Position numbers and translations under genes: made by a program
The notes under the pieces: generated by a model
Database searches by the model: none
Told to the model about the DNA's origin: nothing
What the model saw: only the letters and a program-made list of their open reading frames with translations
Shown here: piece after piece, positions 1 to 9,772 of the stretch
Layout of the letters: each line of letters starts with the position of its first letter
Position numbering within the stretch: position 1 is the stretch's first letter
NCBI GenBank assembly: GCA_028716245.1
Contig: JAQUQW010000002.1
Location: 8,947 to 72,946 of the forward strand
Length of the DNA: 64,000 nt
Direction: 5' to 3'
Source of the DNA: Candidatus Omnitrophota bacterium
GTDB taxonomy: Bacteria; Omnitrophota; Gorgyraeia; Gygaellales; Profunditerraquicolaceae

Positions 1-460
1 CTTTATATTCCTTTAAATTATGCGGAGCGCTATTCTTATCCAGGACCCTGCCTAAGCCATGCGGAGTACCGAATAAATCAAGGATTACTGTTCCGCCGCT
101 CTCGCTGATTTTCTTAATAATTTCTTCGTAGTTATTTAATAGTTTTTCTTGCGCGGTTTTATCATTGGCCAGCTGTTGAACATCCCAAAGATTGTATTGG
201 ATACGGTAAAAATTGCTAAAACCTAAATCCGCCTGCCAAGTGTCTAAAGCCTCTTTAACGGCTACTGTCTGCGGCCAGGTTGTATCGCGATGAATACCTC
301 TGCCGCTTAAATCAATGTTGGATTTATATATTTTAGGAAGGATAACCGTCGGCGAGTTTAAGTCTAAATTGAATTCCAGTTCATCAGTGGTTTGAGCAAA
401 ACAAGGGCCGCTTAAAAAAAATGGTAAAAAAATTAAAAATAATAAAACCCGACGCAGCAT
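1..460 (-). CDS. hypothetical secreted protein, N-terminal 153 codons (CDS runs off the window start)
   Basis: Hand translation of the minus strand from ATG at 460-458 gives MLRRVLLFLIFLPFFLSGPCFAQTTDELEFNLDLNSPTVILPKIYKSNIDLSGRGIHRDTTWPQTVAVKEALDTWQADLGFSNFYRIQYNLWDVQQLANDKTAQEKLLNNYEEIIKKISESGGTVILDLFGTPHGLGRVLDKNSAPHNLKEYK. The N-terminus is hydrophobic and signal-peptide-like. I checked the frame for stops down to position 2 and found none. It is absent from the ORF track only because it is edge-truncated. Confidence 0.5.
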   Translation of the reverse strand, partial: MLRRVLLFLIFLPFFLSGPCFAQTTDELEFNLDLNSPTVILPKIYKSNIDLSGRGIHRDTTWPQTVAVKEALDTWQADLGFSNFYRIQYNLWDVQQLANDKTAQEKLLNNYEEIIKKISESGGTVILDLFGTPHGLGRVLDKNSAPHNLKEYK

Positions 461-482
461 AATCGGCTTCCTTTTTATTCAG

Positions 483-1262
483 CTAAAGTTTTTTCTGCAC
501 TCTTAAGATCGAAATCGCCTTGCCGGTCTTTTCATCTATTTGAACCAGGGCCCCGTGCAGCTGAATATTTTCCTGGGCAACCTCAAACCTGACCGGGATA
601 GAGCTTAAGAAGCGGGTAAGCACATCCTCTACTCTTCTGCCAATCACTGAATCATAGGGCCCGGTCATGCCCGCATCAGTTAGGTATGCCGTGCCTTTGG
701 GCAGGATTTTTTCATCGGCGGTCTGGATATGCGTATGCGTGCCCAAAACCGCCGAAACCTTGCCATCCAGATACCAGCCCAAAGCAACCTTCTCAGAAGT
801 TGCCTCCGCGTGAATATCCACGATAATGATTTTGGTTTCTTTTGCCAGTTCTTCGCTGGCAGCAAGTGTAGTTTTAAAAGGACACTCCAATGCCTCCATA
901 AAAACCCGGCCATTTACATTAATCACTCCGACCTTAACCCCGTTTTTGGCTTTAAATACTGCTGCCCCCCGTCCGGGCGCACCAAGGGGAAAGTTCAACG
1001 GCCGCAAAATTCTTTCCTCGCGGTTAATCAACTCAAAGATCTCGCTTTTCTTCCAGATATGATCTCCGGAAGTAAGCACATCCACCCCGTAGGAAAAAAA
1101 TTCATCGGCCACCTTGGAGGTAATTCCCGAACCACCGGAGGCATTTTCCGCGTTAGCAATCACAAAATCTATCTCTAAATCCTGCCTTAAGGGGCCAATT
1201 AATTTTTTAATTGCCTCTCTTCCCGGGCTGCCGACGATATCTCCGATAAAAAGTATTTTCAT
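483..1262 (-). CDS. ymdB: YmdB-family metallophosphoesterase (2',3'-cyclic-nucleotide 2'-phosphodiesterase, TIGR00282-like)
   Basis: 259 aa. N-terminal MKILFIGDIVGSPGR and internal GDH...NAEN-type calcineurin-like phosphoesterase motifs. Lies immediately downstream of rny, the conserved rny-ymdB pairing known from Bacillus. Confidence 0.8.
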   Translation of the reverse strand: MKILFIGDIVGSPGREAIKKLIGPLRQDLEIDFVIANAENASGGSGITSKVADEFFSYGVDVLTSGDHIWKKSEIFELINREERILRPLNFPLGAPGRGAAVFKAKNGVKVGVINVNGRVFMEALECPFKTTLAASEELAKETKIIIVDIHAEATSEKVALGWYLDGKVSAVLGTHTHIQTADEKILPKGTAYLTDAGMTGPYDSVIGRRVEDVLTRFLSSIPVRFEVAQENIQLHGALVQIDEKTGKAISILRVQKKL

Positions 1263-1265
1263 GGT

Positions 1266-2822
1266 TTATTTGGCATATTCAATAGTGCGCGTCTCGCGAA
1301 TTACTGTAACTTTTATTTGACCAGGGTATTCCATACCCTCCTCGATCTTTTTGCGTATATCCCGGCATAAAGTAACTGCTTCATTGTCGCTTATTTTTTC
1401 CGGCTGCACAATTACGCGGATTTCCCGGCCGGCCTGAATGGCAAAAGACTTTTCTACTCCTTTAAACAGGTTGGCAATTGATTCTAATTTATCCAGGCGC
1501 TTGACATATATCTCCAGAGTTTCCCTTCTGGCTCCGGGCCGGGCGGCACTTACCGCATCGGCGGCTACGGCCAAAACTCCATACATACTTTGCGGCTGCG
1601 CTTCTTCATGGTGGGACTCAATCGCTGAAACAACCTCCGGGCTTTCATTATATTTCTTGGCCAACTCCGCCCCTAATTTCGCGTGTGTACCTTCAACCTG
1701 GTGATCTACTGCTTTGCCGATATCATGCAAAAGCCCGATCCTGCGGCCCAGTTTGAAATCAAGCCCCAGCTCTGAAGCCATTATTCCTAATAAAAAGGAA
1801 ACCTCTTTTGAATGCTGCAAAGCGTTCTGGCCGTAACTGGTGCGGTACTTAAGCCGGCCTAAAAGCTTGATTATTTCCGGATGCAAGCCGTTGATCCCGG
1901 ACTCAAAAGCAGCCCGCTCCCCTTCCTCCTTGATTTTCTCATCCATCTCCTTCTTGGTCTTTTCAACAAGTTCCTCAATGCGGCCGGGATGGATTCTGCC
2001 GTCGGAAATAAGCTTTTCTAAACTTAAACGGGCGATCTCGCGGCGCACCGCGTCAAAACCGGACAAGGTCACCGCTCCGGGCGTATCGTCGATAATTACA
2101 TCCACCCCGGTAGCCATTTCTAAGGCGCGGATATTCCTTCCTTCACGGCCGATGATCCGGCCCTTCATTTCATCATTAGGTAAATTTACCACGCTGACGG
2201 TTGATTCCACGGTATGTTCTGCCGCGCAACGCTGGATCGCCAGGCTTAAAATCTCGCGGGCCTTTTTATCGGCGATACTGCGCACTTCTTCTTCCTGGCG
2301 TTTGATGAATATCGCCTTTTCATTATTTAATTCTTCGTTAAGGCGGTTAAGCAGGATTTGTTTTGCTTCCTCGGCGGATAAAGAAGAAATCTTCTGCAGC
2401 CTTTCCTTTTCTTCGGCAACTAAAGCGTGCAATTGGCCATCTTTTAATTTTAAAGATTCCTCCTGCTTCTTAAGATTATCATTGCGCCCATCGATCTCTT
2501 TTTCTTTTTTCTCTAAAAGGTCCAGCCGGCGGTCAATATTCTCTTCTTTCTGCGTTAACCTCTTTTCAAGATTTACGATCTCAAGCTTGCGGTCTTTAAT
2601 CTCCCGTTCAAAATCCTGGCGCATGAGGTATAAAAGATCTTTGGCTTCCAGTTCCGCTTCCCGGCGCTTATCCAGCACCTCTTTCTTGGCTGCCTCCAGG
2701 ATATGTTCGGCTTCCAGTTCTGCGCTTTTTAGTTTTTTTTCGGCGATATGTTTTCTTAGGAAATAACCGGAATACGCGGCAACTAGAGAAATAAATATGA
2801 GCGCTACTATGTTAAAAATCAT
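1266..2822 (-). CDS. rny: ribonuclease Y
   Basis: 518 aa. N-terminal TM helix, long K/E-rich coiled coil, KH domain (GRIIGREGRNIRALE), HD domain (LLHDIGK). Confidence 0.9.
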   Translation of the reverse strand: MIFNIVALIFISLVAAYSGYFLRKHIAEKKLKSAELEAEHILEAAKKEVLDKRREAELEAKDLLYLMRQDFEREIKDRKLEIVNLEKRLTQKEENIDRRLDLLEKKEKEIDGRNDNLKKQEESLKLKDGQLHALVAEEKERLQKISSLSAEEAKQILLNRLNEELNNEKAIFIKRQEEEVRSIADKKAREILSLAIQRCAAEHTVESTVSVVNLPNDEMKGRIIGREGRNIRALEMATGVDVIIDDTPGAVTLSGFDAVRREIARLSLEKLISDGRIHPGRIEELVEKTKKEMDEKIKEEGERAAFESGINGLHPEIIKLLGRLKYRTSYGQNALQHSKEVSFLLGIMASELGLDFKLGRRIGLLHDIGKAVDHQVEGTHAKLGAELAKKYNESPEVVSAIESHHEEAQPQSMYGVLAVAADAVSAARPGARRETLEIYVKRLDKLESIANLFKGVEKSFAIQAGREIRVIVQPEKISDNEAVTLCRDIRKKIEEGMEYPGQIKVTVIRETRTIEYAK

Positions 2823-2869
2823 TTCGATCCTCCCTGTTAACCTTGCTGATCAGAGTTTTTTAGGAGTTT

Positions 2870-3415
2870 TTAGGAAAAGATGATTTTTTTAACGCTTACA
2901 TCGTGCTTGGTGGTGGGGATTAGGGGTAAGATTTGGAAATCAAAAGCTAAACCTATGGAAGGCAGATCATCAGAAAGTATGCTTAAGAAACGGTCATAGC
3001 AACCTTTGCCGCGGCCCAGCCGATTTCCCTTTTTATCAAAGGCTACTCCGGGCACGATAACCAGATCCAGGTCTTCTGGTTTAACCAGGGCCTCTGCTAC
3101 AGGTTCTAAAACACCATAAGGGCCTTTTTTTAATTTAGCGTGATCAACGAACATGGCTGGCTGCATAGTTTCTTTATCTTTTCTGCAAATTGGCACGCAG
3201 ATAAGCTTGCCTATTTTTTTAGCTTCCCTAATCATCTCTTCAGTATTTACCTCTCCACCGAAAGCGATGTAAAACATAATTATCTTCGCCTTTTTAAAAA
3301 CCTTATTCCTTAAAAGTTTATCTTTAATGAATTTACTTTTTCGGTTTCGGTCTTCCTCCTTCTGTATTTTTAATCTCAAAAGAATTTTACTACGTATTTG
3401 GGCTTTTGTCAACAT
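2870..3415 (-). CDS. 5-formyltetrahydrofolate cyclo-ligase
   Basis: 181 aa. C-terminal GVAFDKKGNRLGRGKGCYDRFL matches the 5-FTHF cyclo-ligase (MTHFS) signature. Confidence 0.7.
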   Translation of the reverse strand: MLTKAQIRSKILLRLKIQKEEDRNRKSKFIKDKLLRNKVFKKAKIIMFYIAFGGEVNTEEMIREAKKIGKLICVPICRKDKETMQPAMFVDHAKLKKGPYGVLEPVAEALVKPEDLDLVIVPGVAFDKKGNRLGRGKGCYDRFLSILSDDLPSIGLAFDFQILPLIPTTKHDVSVKKIIFS

Positions 3416-3424
3416 AGCTCTAGA

Positions 3425-3862
3425 TTATAAAGGGTGTTCCCCTTCATCGGCATGGCCCTTGTCCTCAAACGGGACCTCTTTGCCTTGTTTTACATAATAA
3501 TCTTTTAAAGCCGAACGCAGGGCCTCCTCCGCTAAAACCGAACAATGCATTTTAATCGCGGGCAGTCCCCCCAAGGCTTCGGCCACCGCCTTATTGGTAA
3601 TCTTCAATGCCTCATCGATACTTTTGCCTTTGACCATCTCGGTAACCATGGAACTTGTGGCTACAGCTGCCCCGCATCCAAAAGTCTTGAACTTTACATC
3701 CGTGATTATTTGGCCTTCTATTTTTAAATACATCTTCATAATGTCGCCGCAAACCGGGTTCCCGACGGTGCCGATACCGCTGGCATCGGCAATCTCGCCG
3801 ACATTGCGGGGATTCATAAAATGATCCATGACTTTTTCGCTGTAAGGAAGCTGTTCGGCCAT
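3425..3862 (-). CDS. NifU/IscU-type Fe-S cluster scaffold protein
   Basis: 145 aa. Three conserved Cys in IscU spacing (NPVCGD ... FGCGAA ... MHCSVLAEEAL). Confidence 0.8.
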   Translation of the reverse strand: MAEQLPYSEKVMDHFMNPRNVGEIADASGIGTVGNPVCGDIMKMYLKIEGQIITDVKFKTFGCGAAVATSSMVTEMVKGKSIDEALKITNKAVAEALGGLPAIKMHCSVLAEEALRSALKDYYVKQGKEVPFEDKGHADEGEHPL

Positions 3863-3863
3863 A

Positions 3864-4514
3864 TTATTTCATGATCAGTTTATGCGGCTTCATCGATTTC
3901 TCAAAGTCTTTGGGGCCGCGTATTTCTTTTAATGATTCTAATTTTTTGTTTTTCTCCAGCTCTTTATATATCAATACCCAGGCGCAGTCTCTTTCGTTAT
4001 CTACTTCACATTTACCTTTATTCATCCCGCCGCAGGGGCCGTTAAGCAGGCCTTTGGGGCAGAGTGTAATCGGGCAAATCCCGGCGGTTTCATCCAAAAT
4101 GCAATCGGCGCACATTGAACATTTCTCAAAGAAGTTTCCCTGTGCGTCCATCACCGCGCCAAAAATAGTGTCGCAGCCAGGAAAAACCGCCAGGCCCATC
4201 CGGTCATTGTCCTTAAATGACTGGACGCCTAAACCGCAGGCTAAAACCAGAACCGCCTCGGACTGGCGCAAGGTTTTTAAATTCTTGGCCAATTCGGTTT
4301 TAAGCTTGGCCGCTACGCAGGGGGCCGAAGGAATGCAGGAGCCGGTGATAATTTTACCGGCCCCCTCCAAATCCTTCTTCATTTTGAGAACTTCTTCTTC
4401 CCCGCCGCTCTTACAAGTGGTTGCGCACTCTCCGCAGCCGATTAAAAATATTTTGTTATATCCTTTCAGGCTGGATAACAGCTTATCCAGCGGCTTCTGC
4501 CGGCTAATAATCAT
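3864..4514 (-). CDS. Cys-rich protein resembling the methylene-THF reductase C-terminal domain (MetV-like, PF12225-like)
   Basis: 216 aa. CGECATTCK, multiple CxxC pairs, and LCPKGLLNGPCGG. The assignment is from memory of the family signature. It is adjacent to a folate enzyme. Confidence 0.45.
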   Translation of the reverse strand: MIISRQKPLDKLLSSLKGYNKIFLIGCGECATTCKSGGEEEVLKMKKDLEGAGKIITGSCIPSAPCVAAKLKTELAKNLKTLRQSEAVLVLACGLGVQSFKDNDRMGLAVFPGCDTIFGAVMDAQGNFFEKCSMCADCILDETAGICPITLCPKGLLNGPCGGMNKGKCEVDNERDCAWVLIYKELEKNKKLESLKEIRGPKDFEKSMKPHKLIMK

Positions 4515-4588
4515 ATTAAAATTTTAACATAATTTTACACCTATCTCAAGACAAAATAAAAGGCTTAAGTCTTGGCAGCCACCCGCCA

Positions 4589-6616
4589 TTACTCATCACG
4601 AAAGTATTCTTCTATACTTTCAAAAAAAACTTTATTCCTATTTCTTTTTTCGCCGATAATATCCTCTAACTCCAGATCATCCAGTTCATCTGAGTTGCCC
4701 GCGCTTTGCACATCGACAAACTTATCCAGCAGGTTCCCCTGCTCTAAAAACCGGGAAACCTGAGTAAACACTGAGCCGCCTCCATCCATAAAACTTCTGG
4801 GTGAGCGGTCGATGTGGGGTTTTAACAAAAATAAATTTACTTTAGCCCGGGTAGAGGCAACATAAAACAGCCGGCGTTCTTCCTCAATTTCATCCTCGGT
4901 TTCTAATGACCGATAGGAGGGCAGATGCCCTTCGGCAACATAAATTAGAAACACCGTATGCCATTCCAGGCCTTTGGCCGAATGTATTGTCGATAAGCTA
5001 AGCGGATAATCGGATTTATCCTTTTTTGCCGCTTCCACCAAAGCCCTCTCCGGAGGCTCTAAGGCCATATCCACCAGAAACTGTTCGACTGTCTTATAGC
5101 GGTCGGAAATTCTCAATAATGAATCCAGGTCATTTAAGCGCTTATTAAAATCATCGTATTTAATTTTTAATAGCGGCTGATAATAACCGAGAAATTTCTC
5201 AATAATCTTAGCCGGCCCCTCAACTTGACAATCCATGTTTTTTAATAACTCAAATAATTTCTTAAGTTCTTCGTTTTTTGGCAACACCTCTTCCGGCTTG
5301 TCTTTATCCACAATCGCCTGAATAATTTTTGCCGCGGTTTTCGGGCCGATTTTAGGGATTAATAACAAGGCGCGTAACCAGCTGACCTGATCGGCCGGAT
5401 TGTAGGCAACGCGCAAATAGCTCATCAAATCTTTTATGTGGGAGGCCTCCACAAATTTCTGGCCGCCGTATTTTGCAAAAGGGATGTTTCGAGCGGCAAG
5501 TTCGACCTCTAAATCATTAGAGTGCCAGCCTGAACGAAAAAGAACGGCAATATCTTTTAAGGCCACCCCTTCCTCCCTTAATTCCAGGATTTTATCCGCC
5601 ACAAAAACAGATTGCGCGTTCTCGTCGGGGCAATCAACAAAAACCGGGATATTTCCATCCTTTTTCCGGGTATAAAGGTTCTTTTCAAATTTTTCTTTAG
5701 CCTGGGCGATAACCGCGTTAGTTAAATTTAAAATCGGCTGGGTGGAACGGTAATTTTCCTCAAGGGTAATAATTTTGGTGCCTTTGAATATCCCGGGAAA
5801 ATCGATAATGTTTTTAAAATTCGCCCCGCGGAAAGAATAAATACTCTGGGCATCATCCCCGACTACCATAATATTGGCATGGTCTGCTGCCAAGAGGCAG
5901 GCAATATGCGCCTGGAGCTTATTGGTGTCCTGGTACTCATCAACCATAATATATTTGTACTTGGAAGCAAGGCTTGAGCGCACGTCTTCGTGTTTGGTTA
6001 ACAGGTTTTTTAAGTAGACCAGCAGGTCATCGTAATCCAAAAGCGCTTTTTGGTGTTTGTATTTATTATATTCATTGCGGATTTTTTTAATCTCTTCGGT
6101 AAATTCCATAAACTGCGGGTATTCATCATAGAGGACCTCGCCGATATCCTCGGACTTATTTACACTTTTAGAAATAGCCTCTAAAATAGCGTGTTTGCGC
6201 GGAAAACGTTTCTCGGATTTATGAAAACCCAGCTGTGTGCGCACCAAATTCACCGCGTCCTCGGCATCCGCCTGGTCAAGTATTGTAAAATTATTGTTTA
6301 AATCCAAAAGCTTGGCGTATTTTCTTAAAATCATATTGGCAAAGGAATGAAATGTGCCTCCAGAAACATTTTTACAGCGTTCATCCAAAAGTATGCTTGC
6401 CCGGCGCAGCATCTCTTCGGCTGCCCGGCGCGTAAAGGTAAGCAATAAAATATGTTCCGGCCTTATTCCCTGCTCAACCAGATAAGCAACCCGGTGCACT
6501 AAAACCCGGGTTTTGCCGCTGCCTGCTCCGGCAATAACTAAATGCGGGCCGTTGATTGATTCCACTGCTTTAAGCTGCGCGGGGTTTAATTCTTGGTGAT
6601 AATCTATTTTTTTCAT
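4589..6616 (-). CDS. uvrD: ATP-dependent DNA helicase, UvrD/PcrA family
   Basis: 675 aa. Walker A GAGSGKTRVL, UvrD helicase motifs (TFT, VDEYQDTN), C-terminal acidic tail. Confidence 0.85.
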   Translation of the reverse strand: MKKIDYHQELNPAQLKAVESINGPHLVIAGAGSGKTRVLVHRVAYLVEQGIRPEHILLLTFTRRAAEEMLRRASILLDERCKNVSGGTFHSFANMILRKYAKLLDLNNNFTILDQADAEDAVNLVRTQLGFHKSEKRFPRKHAILEAISKSVNKSEDIGEVLYDEYPQFMEFTEEIKKIRNEYNKYKHQKALLDYDDLLVYLKNLLTKHEDVRSSLASKYKYIMVDEYQDTNKLQAHIACLLAADHANIMVVGDDAQSIYSFRGANFKNIIDFPGIFKGTKIITLEENYRSTQPILNLTNAVIAQAKEKFEKNLYTRKKDGNIPVFVDCPDENAQSVFVADKILELREEGVALKDIAVLFRSGWHSNDLEVELAARNIPFAKYGGQKFVEASHIKDLMSYLRVAYNPADQVSWLRALLLIPKIGPKTAAKIIQAIVDKDKPEEVLPKNEELKKLFELLKNMDCQVEGPAKIIEKFLGYYQPLLKIKYDDFNKRLNDLDSLLRISDRYKTVEQFLVDMALEPPERALVEAAKKDKSDYPLSLSTIHSAKGLEWHTVFLIYVAEGHLPSYRSLETEDEIEEERRLFYVASTRAKVNLFLLKPHIDRSPRSFMDGGGSVFTQVSRFLEQGNLLDKFVDVQSAGNSDELDDLELEDIIGEKRNRNKVFFESIEEYFRDE

Positions 6617-6751
6617 TTTTAAGAAAGCGTTTTCGTAAAACCCTCAAAACACCCTTGATTTTTGTCTGGTATATGGCATGCTTGGGTTACCTTTTTTTGT
6701 TAACTGAAACGGAGGATAAAGATAGCGCAAGCCATCGAGGATTATCCCCTC

Positions 6752-6786
6752 CAAAAAGAGCCCTAAAAATTAGGGCCCTTTTTGTT
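6752..6786 (-). terminator. rho-independent terminator downstream of ppiB (palindromic, could act bidirectionally)
   Basis: AAAAAGAGCCCTAAAAATTAGGGCCCTTTTTG. GCCCTAA/TTAGGGC stem flanked by A-run and T-run, 13 nt after the ppiB stop. Confidence 0.6.
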
Positions 6787-6798
6787 TACGGTAATACT

Positions 6799-7344
6799 TT
6801 AAGGCTGGTTTTTTAGGTATGCCCGGATAATCTTTTGTTCGGCGATCGGCCGGTCCTCCGCGCCAACCGGGGTATTTTCAATTTTCTGCACTACATCCAA
6901 ACCCGAAACCACTTCTCCGAATATGGTGTGGCGCAGATTTAACCAGGGGGTTTTAGCGCAAGTAATAAAAAACTGGCTTCCGTTGGTATTCGGGCCGGCA
7001 TTGGCCATGGCCAAAATTCCCGGGCCGTCAAATTTTGCTACCGGAGTTACTTCGTCGGCAAATGGTTTACCCCAGATTGATTCTCCCCCCATTCCGGTCC
7101 CGGTAGGGTCCCCTCCCTGAATCATAAAACCTTTAATCACCCGATGAAAAATCAAGCCGTTGTAATAACCCTTTTCCACTAATTTAGTAAAATTTTCACA
7201 GGTTTTAGGCGCGATATCAGGCATAAGCTTAAACTCGATGTTTCCCTGGTTGGTTTCTAAAACTACAGTCGTTTCAGCCATAGCAAAAATCCCTCCGCAG
7301 CAAAATGTTAAACAGATAGTTAACATGAACACCGATATTCTCAT
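6799..7344 (-). CDS. ppiB: peptidyl-prolyl cis-trans isomerase, cyclophilin type, with signal peptide
   Basis: 181 aa. Cyclophilin motifs ([20 protein letters not shown]). N-terminal hydrophobic signal sequence. Confidence 0.85.
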   Translation of the reverse strand: MRISVFMLTICLTFCCGGIFAMAETTVVLETNQGNIEFKLMPDIAPKTCENFTKLVEKGYYNGLIFHRVIKGFMIQGGDPTGTGMGGESIWGKPFADEVTPVAKFDGPGILAMANAGPNTNGSQFFITCAKTPWLNLRHTIFGEVVSGLDVVQKIENTPVGAEDRPIAEQKIIRAYLKNQP

Positions 7345-8222
7345 GGCAAATTACCCTCCTCTTCTTTTTGTTTATTTCCTTCAGCTGGCTTCTCTATTTT
7401 TTCTTCCGTGGGCACAACCTCTTCCGGTTTAACTTCTTCTAAAGGCTTGGCCTCTTGCGCTGGCTTAGATTCCTCTATTTGCTTAATCTCTTCCGCAGGC
7501 TTAGCTTCTTTACGCAGGCGCGCGATTTCTTCGGCAAAACTTTTTAACCGGCTTTGAACCTCTTCCAGTTCCTTTTCTAATGCGGAATACTCCTCATTTA
7601 ATTTATTAAACTCCGCTTTAGGCACCCACTCGCTGATTTTTTCTTTACGGTTAAATTCGGTAATCTTAGCCAAGTGTTCATCAATATTCTTGAGCTGGCT
7701 TTCAATTTGATGTTTCTGCGCCTGGATCTGGTCTTCTTTAAGCCGGCAGGCCATTTCTTTTGTCTCAAGGGATGTTTTTAACTGCTGGATCTCCCGGGAA
7801 AAATTTACGTTTTTGGCGAATTCCCCCTCCAATTCTTTTTCTTTGGCCATGAACTTATTGCTTAAATCCGCGTTCTCCGCCTTAATCTTAACTACTTCTG
7901 CTTCTGCCTTGGCTACCCAATCCTCCCTGCGTTTTAATTCATCGGAAAACTTGCCTTCATTTTCTTTTGCCGTCGAAATTTGGGCCTTTTCCTGCGCGCA
8001 TTGGTCTTTATTTTTCACCAGTTCATTTTCCAACTCAACGACCTTACGCTGCAAGCGTTGGATCCTTTGTTCTTTATTGGAATCTTCGGCGGGGACTAGC
8101 CGGTCTTGGCTTTTTTTCTTCTTGGGCAGCTGATCTTCTTGAGGCCTAAATATTTCAAAGATCGCGTAAATAACTATCACTACCCCTAAAACAACCGATA
8201 CCTGCATTACTAACATCGCCAT
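7341..8222 (-). CDS. membrane-anchored coiled-coil protein (unknown function)
   Basis: 293 aa. One N-terminal TM helix, then about 250 aa of heptad-like E/K/Q-rich sequence. ATGA-type overlap with ppiB start and 3 nt from rarA, so probably co-transcribed. Confidence 0.5.
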   Translation of the reverse strand: MAMLVMQVSVVLGVVIVIYAIFEIFRPQEDQLPKKKKSQDRLVPAEDSNKEQRIQRLQRKVVELENELVKNKDQCAQEKAQISTAKENEGKFSDELKRREDWVAKAEAEVVKIKAENADLSNKFMAKEKELEGEFAKNVNFSREIQQLKTSLETKEMACRLKEDQIQAQKHQIESQLKNIDEHLAKITEFNRKEKISEWVPKAEFNKLNEEYSALEKELEEVQSRLKSFAEEIARLRKEAKPAEEIKQIEESKPAQEAKPLEEVKPEEVVPTEEKIEKPAEGNKQKEEEGNLP

Positions 8223-8225
8223 AAT

Positions 8226-9533
8226 TTATCCTTTGCGTAATTTTTCTAACCGCTCTTTGATTTTGGCTTCATGGCCGATATCCGTCGGTTCATAGTAGCG
8301 CACTTTTTTACGCGTATATTTCTGTTTTACAAAGTGCCCGGGGTAATCGTGGCTGTATTTATACCCTAGACCATGCCCCAGCTCCTGGGCGCCACGGTAA
8401 GAAGCATCCTTGAGATAATCCGGGACCTCCTGCACTTTATTTTCTTTGATATCCGCAGTGGCTTTTTCAATCGCCAGATAACTGGCGTTTGATTTGACGG
8501 CAGAAGCAACATAAATTACCGCCTGGGCCAAAGGGATCCTGGCTTCAGGCATGCCCACAAACTCGGAGATTTGTAAAGCCGCGTTAGCCAACACTAAAGC
8601 CAGCGGGTCGGCATTGCCCACATCTTCTGCGGCTAAAATACAAACTCTGCGGGCAATAAACCTGGGGTCCTCTCCGGCATAAAGCATTTTGGCCATCCAA
8701 TAGATTGCCGCGTCGGGATCGCAGCCGCGCATGGATTTAATAAATGCCGAAGCGGTATCATAATGACCGTCTTCGTCATGGTCATAAACTACCGCTTTTT
8801 TCTGTATGGATTCCTGGGCAATCTCTAAACTAAAATTAATATATCCGTCTTTGCCTGCCGGGGTAGTTAAAACTCCCAATTCCAGGGCGGCCAGGCAGCG
8901 CCGGCCATCGCCTTCGCAGCTTTTGGCTAAAAAATCAAGCGCTTTTTTATCGGCCTTGACCTTAAATTTACCCAGGCCCCTTTCCTTGTCTTTTAAGGCA
9001 TTATTAATTATGTTTAATAAGTCCGCCTCCTGGAGCGCTTTTAATTCGCAGACGATCGAACGGGAAAGCAGGGCGCTGGTGAGGGAAAAATACGGATTGT
9101 GCACGGTGGCCCCGATCAATATCAGCGTCCCGTCTTCGACATCAGGCAGCAAAACATCCTGCTGCGCTTTATTAAAACGGTGGATCTCGTCGATAAAAAG
9201 GATGGTCTTCTTTTTATCTTCCCTGGCCGCTAATTTAGATGCGGCGATAACTTTTCTTAGCTCTTCGACATTAGAAGTCGTGGCGTTGATGGCCGCATAA
9301 TTTGCCCGGCTGATATTAGCGATACACCAGGCCAAAGAGGTCTTTCCCGACCCCGGCGGCCCAAAAAGAATAAGCGAGCTTAGGCGGTCTGCTTCAATAG
9401 CCCGGCGCAGCAATTTATTTTTACCCAGTATATGCTCCTGGCCCAACAGCTCATCCAGGTTTGCCGGCCGCATGCGCACGGCCAGCGGCAGATTTTTATT
9501 CTGGGTATCGGTTTTGGGGGAAAATAGGTCCAT
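8226..9533 (-). CDS. rarA: replication-associated recombination protein A (AAA+ ATPase RarA/MgsA)
   Basis: Walker A GPPGSGKTSLA, AAA+ box, MgsA C-terminal domain. The ORF-track start at 9665 adds about 44 non-conserved residues. ATG at 9533 (MDLFSPK...) is the likelier start. Confidence 0.8.
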   Translation of the reverse strand: MDLFSPKTDTQNKNLPLAVRMRPANLDELLGQEHILGKNKLLRRAIEADRLSSLILFGPPGSGKTSLAWCIANISRANYAAINATTSNVEELRKVIAASKLAAREDKKKTILFIDEIHRFNKAQQDVLLPDVEDGTLILIGATVHNPYFSLTSALLSRSIVCELKALQEADLLNIINNALKDKERGLGKFKVKADKKALDFLAKSCEGDGRRCLAALELGVLTTPAGKDGYINFSLEIAQESIQKKAVVYDHDEDGHYDTASAFIKSMRGCDPDAAIYWMAKMLYAGEDPRFIARRVCILAAEDVGNADPLALVLANAALQISEFVGMPEARIPLAQAVIYVASAVKSNASYLAIEKATADIKENKVQEVPDYLKDASYRGAQELGHGLGYKYSHDYPGHFVKQKYTRKKVRYYEPTDIGHEAKIKERLEKLRKG

Positions 9534-9557
9534 AAAAAAGAATCCCCGCAAATGTGC

Positions 9558-9682
9558 CGTTGGAAAGATATTCTGAACCGATTTGGTTTCAGGTGGGTAC
9601 CCTCTCTTCAGGCACGTATGCCTGAAGAATTGCGGGTTCCCTTGAAGATATTGTTGGTTCAACAATTATCAGTTTTCCAACG
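9558..9682 (-). other. highly structured intergenic element (candidate cis-regulatory RNA or small ncRNA) between pheT and rarA
   Basis: Closing helix CGTTGGAAA (9558-9566) / TTTCCAACG (9674-9682). Internal hairpins CTGAACC..GGTTTCAG, CTTCAGGCAcgtaTGCCTGAAG (9601-9622) and TTGTTGgtTCAACAA. Strand is uncertain. Confidence 0.35.
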
Positions 9683-9772
9683 CGCACCGCAGGGATATCT
9701 AAAAGAACTCTTTATTTCTAGATGAAGTATAGCACATATTTATAACAGAATCAACCCAGCCTCCAAGACTTT

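Noticed and set aside
1840-2766. 308-aa plus-strand ORF antisense to rny
   Set aside because: Low-complexity Ser/Arg/Leu-rich translation. It lies entirely inside the well-supported RNase Y gene on the opposite strand. Typical shadow ORF.
3871-4527. 218-aa plus-strand ORF antisense to the MetV-like gene
   Set aside because: Shadow ORF of a GC-rich coding region. Ser/Pro-rich, no motifs.
9534-9772. Possibility that the structured intergenic element is SRP (4.5S) RNA or a T-box leader
   Set aside because: No GGAA/GNRA-capped domain IV motif with the conserved AGGUCAGG/GCAGCCA pairing could be found on either strand. It lies downstream, not upstream, of the aaRS operon, so T-box is unlikely. 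Kept only as an unclassified structured element.
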